Shown piece by piece: positions 48,529-61,753 of a stretch of 61,796 nucleotides of DNA (position 1 is its first letter; the number at the start of each line of letters is the position of its first letter). Made by a program: the position numbers and the translations under genes. The DNA lies in the NCBI GenBank assembly GCA_041589175.1, contig JBFHWF010000006.1, positions 1 through 61,796 on the forward strand. The letters are read 5' to 3'. This stretch comes from Gammaproteobacteria bacterium (GTDB lineage: Bacteria; Pseudomonadota; Gammaproteobacteria; SZUA-229). The notes beneath the pieces were generated by a model. That model was not told the DNA's origin. It did not search any database and was given only the letters and a program-made list of their open reading frames with translations.

Positions 48529-50079
48529 ATGATAAAACCCAATTTATTAGTAACTATGGCCTGTGTTTTCACAACACAGTTCTGCTATGCAAATTCCAGT
48601 GACTTCCAGAAATGGCTAAATCAGGAGCAATCAGAATTTCAGGAGTACCGTGATAAACGCGATAAGGAATTTACAGCCTTTCTCAAAACTCAATGGCGAG
48701 AAATGCAAACCTTTCAGGGACTGATACGAGACAAAACACCGAAGCCTGTTAATATCCCTGTCGCACCGGATACTCCAGAGACTAAACCTCTCATCACTAA
48801 GCCATCAAAAGTTATCACTATACCTCAGCAACAACTTGTCCCAATACCTGGCAAGAAGCCTGACAGCATTACACCACCTTCAACGCTGCTACAACCTACA
48901 CCCGAACCACACATCACACAACCACCTCTAGCAGAGCCCTTACCAGTTAAGCCTGCGGATAAAAAGCCAGCCATTAAACCCGGGTATAATAATGTTCGAT
49001 TAACATTCTTTGGTAATAGTTTACTTATTCACTATGATCAGAGCTTTTCCTTTACATTGCGATCTCCCGTTAACAAAGGCAACATTAGTCATACATGGGA
49101 TACTTTCAGTCGTGCAGATTATGAAGGCCTGTTACAGCAGCTAAGATCGAAACGAGATCAACTGTCATTGAATGACTGGGCTTATGCACTGCTCATAGAT
49201 AGCTTTTCTAAACAACTTTATACAGACTCAAGACAACAGGATCTGTTGAACTGGTTCTTACTGGTAAAATCGGGCTATCAGGCTCGTTTTGCCTACGATA
49301 AGAGAAGCACATATTTACTGTTACCATCCAGGCAGCGCCTGTTTGCAACACCTTATTTCAATTTTGATAATACGCGTTATTATGTTGTCAGCTTTGATTC
49401 GACTTCGACTATGCCTGGTAAGATATTTACCTATGACGGGCAATATCCAGGTGCCAATCGTCGACTCGACATGCGCATACACAACACCATACTAACTGGC
49501 AGAACACCTAAATCCAGAGACCTCAGATTCTCTTTCCAGTCGAAGCCCTATAACATCCGAGTCAGCTATGATGATCAGATGATTGCTTTTCTTAATACAT
49601 ATCCGCAGCTTGATATCTCTCTTTATTTCAATTCCCGTTTTAATGAACAGACATCTTCATCTGTTCTGAAGCAGCTTGGGTCAGCCATTGAGGGAATGGG
49701 GGAAATTGAGTCTGTCAATTTTTTACTCCGCTTTGTACAAACTGCTTTTCAATATCAAACTGATGAGCAACAATTTGGTCTGGAAAACTACCTTTTCCCG
49801 GAGGAAACCTTACATTATCCTTATTCAGATTGTGAAGATCGTTCCGTTTTGTTTTCCTGGCTTGTCAGGAATCTCATAAATATCGATGTTATCGGGCTGG
49901 ATTACCCAGGACATATTGCAACTGCTGTTAAATTAAACAGCAAAATAGCAGGCGACAAAGTTTCCTATAAAGGCGCAACCTATACAGTTGCTGACCCAAC
50001 ATATATTAATGCATCAGTTGGCATGAGCATGCCGCAATTCAGAAAACATAAGCCAGATATTATTCCCGTACTCAATTAA
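48529..50079 (+). CDS. Exported protein with Pro-rich linker and C-terminal transglutaminase-like domain
   Basis: Signal peptide, Pro-rich region, SDCEDRS / YPGH / ADPT putative Cys-His-Asp triad. Confidence 0.65.
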   Translation: MIKPNLLVTMACVFTTQFCYANSSDFQKWLNQEQSEFQEYRDKRDKEFTAFLKTQWREMQTFQGLIRDKTPKPVNIPVAPDTPETKPLITKPSKVITIPQQQLVPIPGKKPDSITPPSTLLQPTPEPHITQPPLAEPLPVKPADKKPAIKPGYNNVRLTFFGNSLLIHYDQSFSFTLRSPVNKGNISHTWDTFSRADYEGLLQQLRSKRDQLSLNDWAYALLIDSFSKQLYTDSRQQDLLNWFLLVKSGYQARFAYDKRSTYLLLPSRQRLFATPYFNFDNTRYYVVSFDSTSTMPGKIFTYDGQYPGANRRLDMRIHNTILTGRTPKSRDLRFSFQSKPYNIRVSYDDQMIAFLNTYPQLDISLYFNSRFNEQTSSSVLKQLGSAIEGMGEIESVNFLLRFVQTAFQYQTDEQQFGLENYLFPEETLHYPYSDCEDRSVLFSWLVRNLINIDVIGLDYPGHIATAVKLNSKIAGDKVSYKGATYTVADPTYINASVGMSMPQFRKHKPDIIPVLN

Positions 50080-51361
50080 AATCATCGATAAAGAGCATCG
50101 ATATTTCCGGTACAAATGTGATCAACATCAAACAGAATAATAATACCAGAAGAAAGGGGAGTGACGACTTGTAGACATTCTCTATAGACTGTTTAAATCT
50201 TGAGCTAGATATAAAAAGATTAATTCCAACTGGAGGTGTCATATAACCAATCTGCATATTTGCAAGAAAAATTATTCCCAGATGAACAGGATGGATACCA
50301 AATTTCATTGCTATCGGTAATACCATCGGTACGATAATCACTAGTGCTGCATATATATCAATCATTGCGCCAACAAATAAAAGAAATATATTCAGTAGAA
50401 TAAGAAATATATATTTATTGCTAATATATTGACTCAAAATATCAAACAGACTATCTGCAAGTTCAATATCTACAAAAACATTGGTAAGTGCCATTGATAC
50501 TGCAAGTATTATTACAATACTCGAAACCATCAGCATCGCATCCCTGGAAACATCAACAAGTTTCTTAAGTGATATTTCTTTAAGAATAAATACCTCTACA
50601 ACAATAACGTATATAGCTATCAATGCTGCCGCTTCTGAAATCACAAAATATCCACTGTAGATACCGGCGACAAGCAATAGCGGCATAGGTAACTCCCAAC
50701 GAAGAGACCATATTGCTTCACGCAACTTTGCCACGTTGAATCTAGTCCTAACAACATCAATATCTCTGTGCAAATATATCGAGTATGTGACTAGTGCCAT
50801 AATCATTAGAACAGATGGCAATATACCCGCTAAAAATAAATCGTTAAGTGTAAATGTCTGTTCTAATTCCAGTTGCTGAGCAATAATTCCATAAAGTATC
50901 AGTGGTAAAGATGGAACAATTAACAATCCCAGACTCCCACTCGTTGTTACCATCCCTAAACAAAAATCCTCCTTATAACGCATCTTTACTAATGCAGGAA
51001 ATAAAAGCGCTCCTAGTGCAACGATTGTTACACCTGATGCACCAGTAAAAGCTGTAAACATCGCGCTAACGATAAATGCAATAACAATAACACCTCCAGG
51101 CATCCAGCCTGCTATTGCTTGCATCATGTTCATGATTCTGTGTGAGATCTGGCTAGCGCTAAGTATATAGCCAGCTAATGTAAAAAGGGGTAATGCTATG
51201 AGTAGTGGCGTTTCTGCAATTCTGTATATTTCTATAGCTATTGCCTGTAAATCTATATCTGCAACATAAAACCCATATAATGATGCTGCTGCAATCACGA
51301 TATATAGTGGTGTGCCGCTAATTGCCAGTAAAACTAGAAGAGCAATAACAGCAAGTGTCAT
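50072..51361 (-). CDS. dctM: TRAP large permease (TPAT-associated)
   Basis: ALPLFTLAG, FTAFTGASGVTIVALG, GSLGLLIVPS, IGYMTPPVGINLF. Confidence 0.9.
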   Translation of the reverse strand: MTLAVIALLVLLAISGTPLYIVIAAASLYGFYVADIDLQAIAIEIYRIAETPLLIALPLFTLAGYILSASQISHRIMNMMQAIAGWMPGGVIVIAFIVSAMFTAFTGASGVTIVALGALLFPALVKMRYKEDFCLGMVTTSGSLGLLIVPSLPLILYGIIAQQLELEQTFTLNDLFLAGILPSVLMIMALVTYSIYLHRDIDVVRTRFNVAKLREAIWSLRWELPMPLLLVAGIYSGYFVISEAAALIAIYVIVVEVFILKEISLKKLVDVSRDAMLMVSSIVIILAVSMALTNVFVDIELADSLFDILSQYISNKYIFLILLNIFLLFVGAMIDIYAALVIIVPMVLPIAMKFGIHPVHLGIIFLANMQIGYMTPPVGINLFISSSRFKQSIENVYKSSLPFLLVLLFCLMLITFVPEISMLFIDDFN

Positions 51362-51834
51362 CTGCTGCTACCTTCTTCTATATCATTTATGTGAGTTATG
51401 TAGCGTAACCCCATTACCAGGAATGTGATTGGTATGATAGACGTCGTTAACCATAAAGGAATTTTCCAGAATGCTATGGTTTCATACTCATATTCCAGCA
51501 ACATATAACTAAAGCTATAGTAGCTAACGGTGAAACAGATAATGGCAGATACACTTTGTTTTATTATTCTTACCGTACTTCTTACAGACTCGTTCATATA
51601 GCTATTAAGAAATGTAATTGCGATATGCCTGTTTTCTTTCACAGCCATCATTGCACCAATCAAAGCCAGCCAAAGCACATGTGCCCGCAATAGTGCATCC
51701 ATCCAGACAATGCCATCATCATAAATATTCCGCAGTATTATCTGTGCCAGAGATAATACAAGTACTGATAACAGCAATACCATTAACAGATATTGCTCCA
51801 GTATGCTAAGTATACGCCTGGCTCTTTTCAGCAT
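51358..51834 (-). CDS. dctQ: TRAP small permease
   Basis: Four TM helices, QIILRN, LWLALIGAMMA..ENRHIAI. Confidence 0.85.
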   Translation of the reverse strand: MLKRARRILSILEQYLLMVLLLSVLVLSLAQIILRNIYDDGIVWMDALLRAHVLWLALIGAMMAVKENRHIAITFLNSYMNESVRSTVRIIKQSVSAIICFTVSYYSFSYMLLEYEYETIAFWKIPLWLTTSIIPITFLVMGLRYITHINDIEEGSSR

Positions 51835-51837
51835 ATT

Positions 51838-52836
51838 TTATCTATTACGTATCTCTTCAAGTAATTGACTTACTTTCTGTATACTCTTACTGGTTAGTTG
51901 TCCTTGACGTATAATCTCTTCACGCGCTTCCTGTCCTCTCTCAATCCATTGTTCTATTTTTGATCTATCAATTTCAATAAATTCAATGCCTGTAGTTCTT
52001 AATGCTTCTAGCGCATTTTCATTGTCTTCCCTGTTTTTTCTATCAATTTTATTAAAAACTTTCCTCATTATGTCTTTAACGATTTTCTGATCTTCTTCAC
52101 TTATTTTCAAAAACTCTTCTTTATTAACAATCATTGTTGCATATACATATGCAAGAGGAAGTTTTGTTAAATATTTAATTTGCGTATGCCATTGTAATGC
52201 GATTGCTGCAATTGGCGACGCTGCAATTGTATCAATTATATTTGTCTGTAAGCCGGTAAACACATCTGCTATATTCAGGGGAACGGGATTGATACCAAAC
52301 GACTTCAATGTCATTTCAGCCTGCTCATTATTAGTTGGTGTCCAAACCCTCTTATTAAGTAAGTCAGGTATGTTTTCTATCCTGTTATTAGACATTGCGT
52401 ACATAAACCCACCTTCTGACAAACCGAAGCTGATCATGCCGGCTTTATCCAGGCCATCTATAATATCTTTATCAAATGATGATCTAACATAATCAACTTC
52501 GGCGTAATCATTGAATAGCATCGGTAAACCATATACCTGGCTGTCCGGGAAGAATGTTTCTAAAACACCATTCGTAACAGCGGCGCCATGTAACTGACGT
52601 ATTTTTATTTTTTTAAGGGCCACTGTTTCAGAACCCATCACGCCACCGGCATAAAATTTAAATTTTACTCGTCCATTTGTTAATTTTTTTATTTCTTCAG
52701 CACCTTCTCGCATCTGGTTCATCCAGTATGATCCATTCGGTGCACTAGTTGATATTTTAAATGTTTTTGCTTCACCTGTTGTTACAACTGTAACCAGTAA
52801 CAGGCTTGTCAAAAAAATACTTCTTATTATTCCCAT
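51838..52836 (-). CDS. dctP: TRAP substrate-binding protein (TPAT P component)
   Basis: FKISTSAPNGSYW, FKFYAGGVMG, LQTNIID, AAIALQW; start ATG 52836 overlapping the tatT stop (TGATG). Confidence 0.85.
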   Translation of the reverse strand: MGIIRSIFLTSLLLVTVVTTGEAKTFKISTSAPNGSYWMNQMREGAEEIKKLTNGRVKFKFYAGGVMGSETVALKKIKIRQLHGAAVTNGVLETFFPDSQVYGLPMLFNDYAEVDYVRSSFDKDIIDGLDKAGMISFGLSEGGFMYAMSNNRIENIPDLLNKRVWTPTNNEQAEMTLKSFGINPVPLNIADVFTGLQTNIIDTIAASPIAAIALQWHTQIKYLTKLPLAYVYATMIVNKEEFLKISEEDQKIVKDIMRKVFNKIDRKNREDNENALEALRTTGIEFIEIDRSKIEQWIERGQEAREEIIRQGQLTSKSIQKVSQLLEEIRNR

Positions 52837-53729
52837 CAAAAATAATCTCTTTTCGTTTTCATTAGCCATTTAGCTTTTTCTTTAGCTATTACATTCATTA
52901 ATCTATATTCTGACTGATCATTTTCCATTTCAATAGCCTGTTTAAGGAGTTTGTCGTGTAGCATTTCGTCATACACAAGTCGTGCGTAATATTCTGCGTA
53001 CAATACATTAACCATCGCACTTTTACCTTCAGTTAAGCTCAATGCGTTCTCAAAGTATTGCTTTCCTTTTTCAGGTGTCCCACCCATACTCTCTGGTATA
53101 AGGCTGTTCAACACTCCTAAATATATATTTGCCACTATCTGGTTATTTATATTTTCACTTGTCAGTAAGAAGTTAAGTAATAGTTTTAACTGTGCTATTT
53201 TTGCTATCTCTGCCCAATTCTCAGTATTTAGACGAATCCATGTTGCCCATGCCTGGGCTAATGCTGTCAGATATTCTGTATCTGACTCATCTGCGTCTTG
53301 TATCAGGAATTCTACCTGCTGATAGCTTTTATCAGTAATATCGCAATACTTTGCATCCCATATACAGATGGCATCCTGTGCTGCTTGCAAGCTAGATTGA
53401 CTTCTGATTATAAGTCGTTCTTTAATGATCATTCTGTCTTCATGTTCTTGACTCCTGAGGATTCTTGTTTCTTCCAGTGAGCCATATGCAGATAAAAGCT
53501 GACTGTAAGCCTTCAATAACTCCTCGTCATCTGAATCCTGAATAATCATTGATTCCATCAATAATATATATGACGGTAATGCTATATATACTTTTTCTAT
53601 ATCGTTATTGTTTTTTATCGCTAACTGCAAATTCGACGTTATATTTGTCACGGGTAAGGAACATGATATTACGCTATTGAGCATCAAGCCTATTAATATT
53701 ACATAGATGTGTTTAAATGTTATTTTCAT
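52836..53729 (-). CDS. tatT: TatT component of a TPR-protein-associated TRAP (TPAT) system; probable lipoprotein
   Basis: Lipobox-like VISC, LGVLNSLIPESMGGTPEKGKQYFENAL, VLYAEYYARLVYD..LHDKLL, NVIAKEKA; directly upstream of dctPQM. Confidence 0.8.
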   Translation of the reverse strand: MKITFKHIYVILIGLMLNSVISCSLPVTNITSNLQLAIKNNNDIEKVYIALPSYILLMESMIIQDSDDEELLKAYSQLLSAYGSLEETRILRSQEHEDRMIIKERLIIRSQSSLQAAQDAICIWDAKYCDITDKSYQQVEFLIQDADESDTEYLTALAQAWATWIRLNTENWAEIAKIAQLKLLLNFLLTSENINNQIVANIYLGVLNSLIPESMGGTPEKGKQYFENALSLTEGKSAMVNVLYAEYYARLVYDEMLHDKLLKQAIEMENDQSEYRLMNVIAKEKAKWLMKTKRDYF

Positions 53730-55768
53730 TTACTTGTTAAGCCACTATGTCTTAGTAGAGCATCTATTTCTGGCTCTCTATTCATAAAACACTTAAATAA
53801 TTCTATTGCGGGTTGTGATCCGCCTGTTTCCAGTATGCATTTCTTAAATTCTTCTCCGGTAACAGGATTAAACACACCTTCCTTTTCAAACCTGGAAAAT
53901 GCATCTGCAGACAGTACTTCTGCCCATTTATAACTGTAATACCCGGCAGCATATCCGCCAGCAAATATATGAGAAAACCCATGTTGAAAGCGATTAAATT
54001 CTGGTGGTATTACTACTGCTACTCTCTCTCTAACCTCATCGAGTACATTTTGAATACCTGTAAATTTTTCTTTTCCGTATTCCATGTGCAGCCTGAAATC
54101 AAACAGTGCGAATTCAAGTTGCCTCACCATCATCATGGCTGATTGAAAATTTTTCGCTTTAATCAACTTCTTATAAAGAGCTTCAGGTAGTTTTTCACCG
54201 GTTTCATGATGACTGGCGATATGATCAAGACCTTCTTTTTCCCAGCACCAGTTCTCCATAAACTGACTTGGGAGTTCAACAGCATCCCATTCAACACCAC
54301 TAATACCCGATACAAATAATGCATCGATTCTGGTTAACATATGCTGTAAGCCATGACCAAATTCATGAAATAATGTCGTAACTTCATCATGTGTTAATAG
54401 ACCAGGCTTACCATTTACTGGTGGTGTTAGATTACAGGTCAAATAAGCTATAGGAACTTGTATTTCTCCATCACATTTCATCCTACCTGTACATTCATCC
54501 ATCCATGCGCCACCACGCTTGTTTGCTCGTGCATACAAATCAAGGTAAAACTGACCTCTTAACTCCTGAGTTTCATCCCTGATTTCAAAAAACTTTACAT
54601 CATCATGCCAGGTGTCTACGCCTTCCTTTTCAGTTATATCAAGTGAAAATAACTGTTTAACTATATTAAATAATCCACTGATTACCTTATCTGCTGGGAA
54701 ATAGGGTTTTAGTTCTTCCTGGCTTATGCCATATTCTTTCTGTTTTAATTTTTCTGAAACATACATAATATCCCAGGCTTCGATTTTCTTTATCCCGCAT
54801 TGCTTATTCGCGAAATGTTTTAGTGCATCAAATTCTCTTTCTGCCTGTGGTTTCGATTTTGTTACCAATTCTTCTATGAACTTTATAACATCGTCTGTCT
54901 TCTCAACCATTTTGTTTGCAATCGACATTTCAGCATAATTATCAAAGCCGATTAATTCTGCCATTTCTTTTCTTCGCTGCAGGATATCTTCCATTATTTT
55001 TGAGTTATCAAATTCACCTGCATTTGGACCAACTTCCGATGCTCTTGTTGTATAGGCGGTATACATCTCCTCCCTGAATTTTCTTATATCTGAATATGTC
55101 ATTACTGAAATAAACGATGGTGCATCTAGTGTAAATAACCAGCCATCAAGTTCTTCATCCTTTGCAGCCTGACTTGCCATCTCCAGTACAAATCCTGGTA
55201 GTCCTTTCAATTCACTTTTCTGTTCTATATGAATTCTATAGGCCTGCGTTGCATCAAGGACATTCTGTTCAAACTTCGACTTGAGGCTTGATAATTCCTG
55301 TTTCAGATTTTTGAATATTTTTTTCTTTTCTGCATTTAGATCAATTCCATTTAATCTAAACTGAAGTAACGCATTTTCTATTACTTTTTTATATTGTTTA
55401 TCCAGATCTTTATATTCATTTTTATCTTTTAGTTCATGATATGCTTTACATAGCTTTTCATTTTGTGCCAGTTCTGTTGAGTACTCACTTAATAAGGGTA
55501 TACATGCATCATGGGCTTTTCTCAGCTCTTCTGAGTTTTTCACTGAATTGAGGTGGCTAACAGGCGACCATATCCTCGACAATCTGTTATCTATTCTTTC
55601 CAGTAATCTAATTAATTCCATACATTCTGGAGAGTTGTTTTCTCTTAGAAAATCGTCGAGTTCTTTTTTATTGTTTTCTATAACTTCTCTTATTACAGCC
55701 TCGATATCATTTATATCGATTTCTGAAAAACGTGGTAGACCACTTATGTCCATTAATGCTTCTTTCAT
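53726..55768 (-). CDS. prlC: Oligopeptidase A (M3A)
   Basis: LPRFS, WSPVSHLNSV, KRGGAWM, LFHEFGHGLQH zincin motif, DAVELPSQFMENWCW, FSHIFAGGYAAGYYSYKWAEVL. Confidence 0.94.
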   Translation of the reverse strand: MKEALMDISGLPRFSEIDINDIEAVIREVIENNKKELDDFLRENNSPECMELIRLLERIDNRLSRIWSPVSHLNSVKNSEELRKAHDACIPLLSEYSTELAQNEKLCKAYHELKDKNEYKDLDKQYKKVIENALLQFRLNGIDLNAEKKKIFKNLKQELSSLKSKFEQNVLDATQAYRIHIEQKSELKGLPGFVLEMASQAAKDEELDGWLFTLDAPSFISVMTYSDIRKFREEMYTAYTTRASEVGPNAGEFDNSKIMEDILQRRKEMAELIGFDNYAEMSIANKMVEKTDDVIKFIEELVTKSKPQAEREFDALKHFANKQCGIKKIEAWDIMYVSEKLKQKEYGISQEELKPYFPADKVISGLFNIVKQLFSLDITEKEGVDTWHDDVKFFEIRDETQELRGQFYLDLYARANKRGGAWMDECTGRMKCDGEIQVPIAYLTCNLTPPVNGKPGLLTHDEVTTLFHEFGHGLQHMLTRIDALFVSGISGVEWDAVELPSQFMENWCWEKEGLDHIASHHETGEKLPEALYKKLIKAKNFQSAMMMVRQLEFALFDFRLHMEYGKEKFTGIQNVLDEVRERVAVVIPPEFNRFQHGFSHIFAGGYAAGYYSYKWAEVLSADAFSRFEKEGVFNPVTGEEFKKCILETGGSQPAIELFKCFMNREPEIDALLRHSGLTSK

Positions 55769-55776
55769 TTATCTGT

Positions 55777-56340
55777 TTACCTGTTTAACAGTTGTCTCAA
55801 AGTATCAACTGCAATCTTGATTGTTCTCTCTTTACTGTAGCCACGCTCTATATAGATATGTATTCCATATATAGTGCACATAACTGATGACAGATCCCTT
55901 TCATTGATGTTTTGAATCTCTTCCGCCTGTTCAAGCAAACTGCCGATACTCTGTTCAATTAAATTCAACTTACTTAGTATCAATTGCTGTTCTGAACCTA
56001 CAGGCTTCTCAAGTAGTGTTTTAATTAGTAAACAGCTTCTTGCTCCTGACTCGTACATCAGCTCAATTATAAACTTTATTACACTATCTAGTGTCTTTTC
56101 TTCGCTTACCCTGATAACACCTCGGGTATTTATCTCTCTCAGTATTTTTTCACTGTAGTGCTCTATCACCTGCCTGAATATCGCCTGCTTATTTCCAAAT
56201 CCAGCATACAGGCTTCCAGGTTGTAATCCTGTTATATCGCACAACTCACTCATCGTTGTTGCCGCATAACCCTGTTTCCAGAATACTTCTGTTGCTCGAT
56301 CCAGAACGTCAGGCACTTCATAGGCACAACTTCTTGTCAT
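55777..56340 (-). CDS. TetR/AcrR-family regulator (NemR-like)
   Basis: VFWKQGYAATTMSEL...GSLYAGFGNK HTH, SCLLI; start ATG 56340 with GGAGA RBS. Confidence 0.85.
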   Translation of the reverse strand: MTRSCAYEVPDVLDRATEVFWKQGYAATTMSELCDITGLQPGSLYAGFGNKQAIFRQVIEHYSEKILREINTRGVIRVSEEKTLDSVIKFIIELMYESGARSCLLIKTLLEKPVGSEQQLILSKLNLIEQSIGSLLEQAEEIQNINERDLSSVMCTIYGIHIYIERGYSKERTIKIAVDTLRQLLNR

Positions 56341-56365
56341 ATCGTCTCCATTAAAATCCACTTAT

Positions 56366-56381
56366 TTGAATGTTCGTTCAA
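56366..56381. promoter_or_regulatory. TetR-type operator
   Basis: TTGAA-TGTTCG-TTCAA palindrome in the divergent tetR / CMD intergenic region. Confidence 0.65.
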
Positions 56382-56426
56382 TTATAGCTATTATTATTCA
56401 AAACAACCTCATTCAGGGTACTTCAA

Positions 56427-56981
56427 ATGAAACATTTACCTCTTCATACAATTGATACTGCACCAGAATCTAGCAGAGATATGCTTCTTAAAACCCAGGA
56501 AGCTTTTGGTTTTTTACCTAATCTTCTAGCTGTGATGTCGACATCTCCTGCCATGACTAAGGCTTATCTGTCATTATCTGAAATTTTTTCCAGCTCTTCT
56601 CTGTCTGTAGTGGAGCAACAGGTGGTTCTTTTAACTGTCAGTCGTTTCCACCAGTGTCATTACTGTGTTTCAGCTCATACAACGATATCCAGAATGAACT
56701 CCGTACCCGATAATGTGCTCGAATCTATTCGTCAGGATCAACCTATCTCTGATGATAAACTGGATACCTTGCGACAATTCACCCACCATCTGCTTACTAA
56801 TCGTGGCTGGGCAGCTGATGATATTCTCGAGAAGTTTCTGGCAGCAGGTTATAGCCAGCAATCTATTCTGGATATTATTGTTGGTATTTCTCTGAAAACC
56901 CTGAGTAACTATACCAATCATCTTGCAGATACCCCTCTTGATGCAGCTTTTTCAGATGATCTATGGCAACCTCCCGTCTGA
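56427..56981 (+). CDS. Carboxymuconolactone decarboxylase/AhpD-like protein
   Basis: GFLPNLL..M..SP, CHYCVSAH, KTLSNYTNH...TPLD..F. Confidence 0.85.
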   Translation: MKHLPLHTIDTAPESSRDMLLKTQEAFGFLPNLLAVMSTSPAMTKAYLSLSEIFSSSSLSVVEQQVVLLTVSRFHQCHYCVSAHTTISRMNSVPDNVLESIRQDQPISDDKLDTLRQFTHHLLTNRGWAADDILEKFLAAGYSQQSILDIIVGISLKTLSNYTNHLADTPLDAAFSDDLWQPPV

Positions 56982-57231
56982 TCTGGCCTACCATTCATTA
57001 GTAATATAAAGTCTTATACATTGATCCCTGGGAGTATTTCCTATATATTTTATTTCGTTGCAATTTATAATTATTCAAAAATATTGCCGCTGTAACTTGT
57101 TAATTACTAACAATCGTATAAAAAACAATATGATACAATAGTTAGTTCCATACTAATGCTGTATAAAATATTGTTTATTTGTTGCAGGAAGCATGTTTTA
57201 TACAGTGTGGTTTGGTTAAACCTTAATTTTT

Positions 57232-58137
57232 ATGAGGGAACTCACATTGTATAGAATATTAATTCTCACGCTTGGACTATTTCTACTTCAGCCTATTGCA
57301 CAGGCAAATGAAGCCCCCCTTAACTGGGTTGGTTGTGGTATCAGTAAAAAATCCTACCTTACTAACCTGGCAAAAGCCTATTCTTCAGCTAAAAATGTAG
57401 AGTTCAATATTCAAGGTGGTGGTGCTACTCGCGGTATACGCGATGTGGCCAGTGGTAAGGCTGATCTTGGCGGCTCATGCCGTTTTCATCTGCCTGCCAG
57501 TGAGGAAGAGCGCAAAGCAGGATTCGAACCTGTCGCGTGGGATGCCCTGGCGATCATTACACATCCATCAAATCCGGTTAGCAACCTGACACTCGATCAG
57601 GTCCGTGATATCTACTCTGGTAAAATTACTAACTGGAAGCAGGTGGGTGGTGATGACATGCCTATTCTACTGTATACCCGTGCTGGTAATATTTCTGGAG
57701 TGGGTTACTCCATTCGTACGCTTATTTTCTCAGACATTACCAAAGAGTTTCATAGCGCTAAAATATTCAAATCCAGTGGTCCCCTGGAAAAAGCCATTGA
57801 AACTGATACTGGTTCTATTGCCATTACAGGTGTCAGTAGTGCTCGCCTGAGAGATGTAAAGATCATGCGACTTAATGATAAAGAGCCGGATTATGCGACT
57901 ATTAAAAGCGGTAACTATGTACTGTATCGACCTTTATACATTACCTATGACCCAGCAAGTCCTCGAATCGAACGTCTGAAGGATTTCATCAAGTTTGCAC
58001 ATAGTCGGGTAGGGCGACAGATTATGCGGGATAATGGTGTGGTTCCCTACCTGGATGCTCTTCGTCTGGTGATGATTCAATCACGAGAGTCACTGCAATC
58101 TCAGAGTGATAGTCAGGAGAACCTGACGTATCACTAA
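57232..58137 (+). CDS. Orphan PstS-like (PBP-like) substrate-binding protein
   Basis: Signal peptide, QGGGATRGIRDV..G.ADLG, VAWDALAIITHPSNPV.NLT..Q...IYSGKITNW, YRPLY. Confidence 0.75.
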   Translation: MRELTLYRILILTLGLFLLQPIAQANEAPLNWVGCGISKKSYLTNLAKAYSSAKNVEFNIQGGGATRGIRDVASGKADLGGSCRFHLPASEEERKAGFEPVAWDALAIITHPSNPVSNLTLDQVRDIYSGKITNWKQVGGDDMPILLYTRAGNISGVGYSIRTLIFSDITKEFHSAKIFKSSGPLEKAIETDTGSIAITGVSSARLRDVKIMRLNDKEPDYATIKSGNYVLYRPLYITYDPASPRIERLKDFIKFAHSRVGRQIMRDNGVVPYLDALRLVMIQSRESLQSQSDSQENLTYH

Positions 58138-58153
58138 TCATCAAAGCTGGTGA

Positions 58154-61727
<3,574 letters not shown>

Positions 61728-61753
61728 ATCTGATAATAACAGGTTCTGAGATG

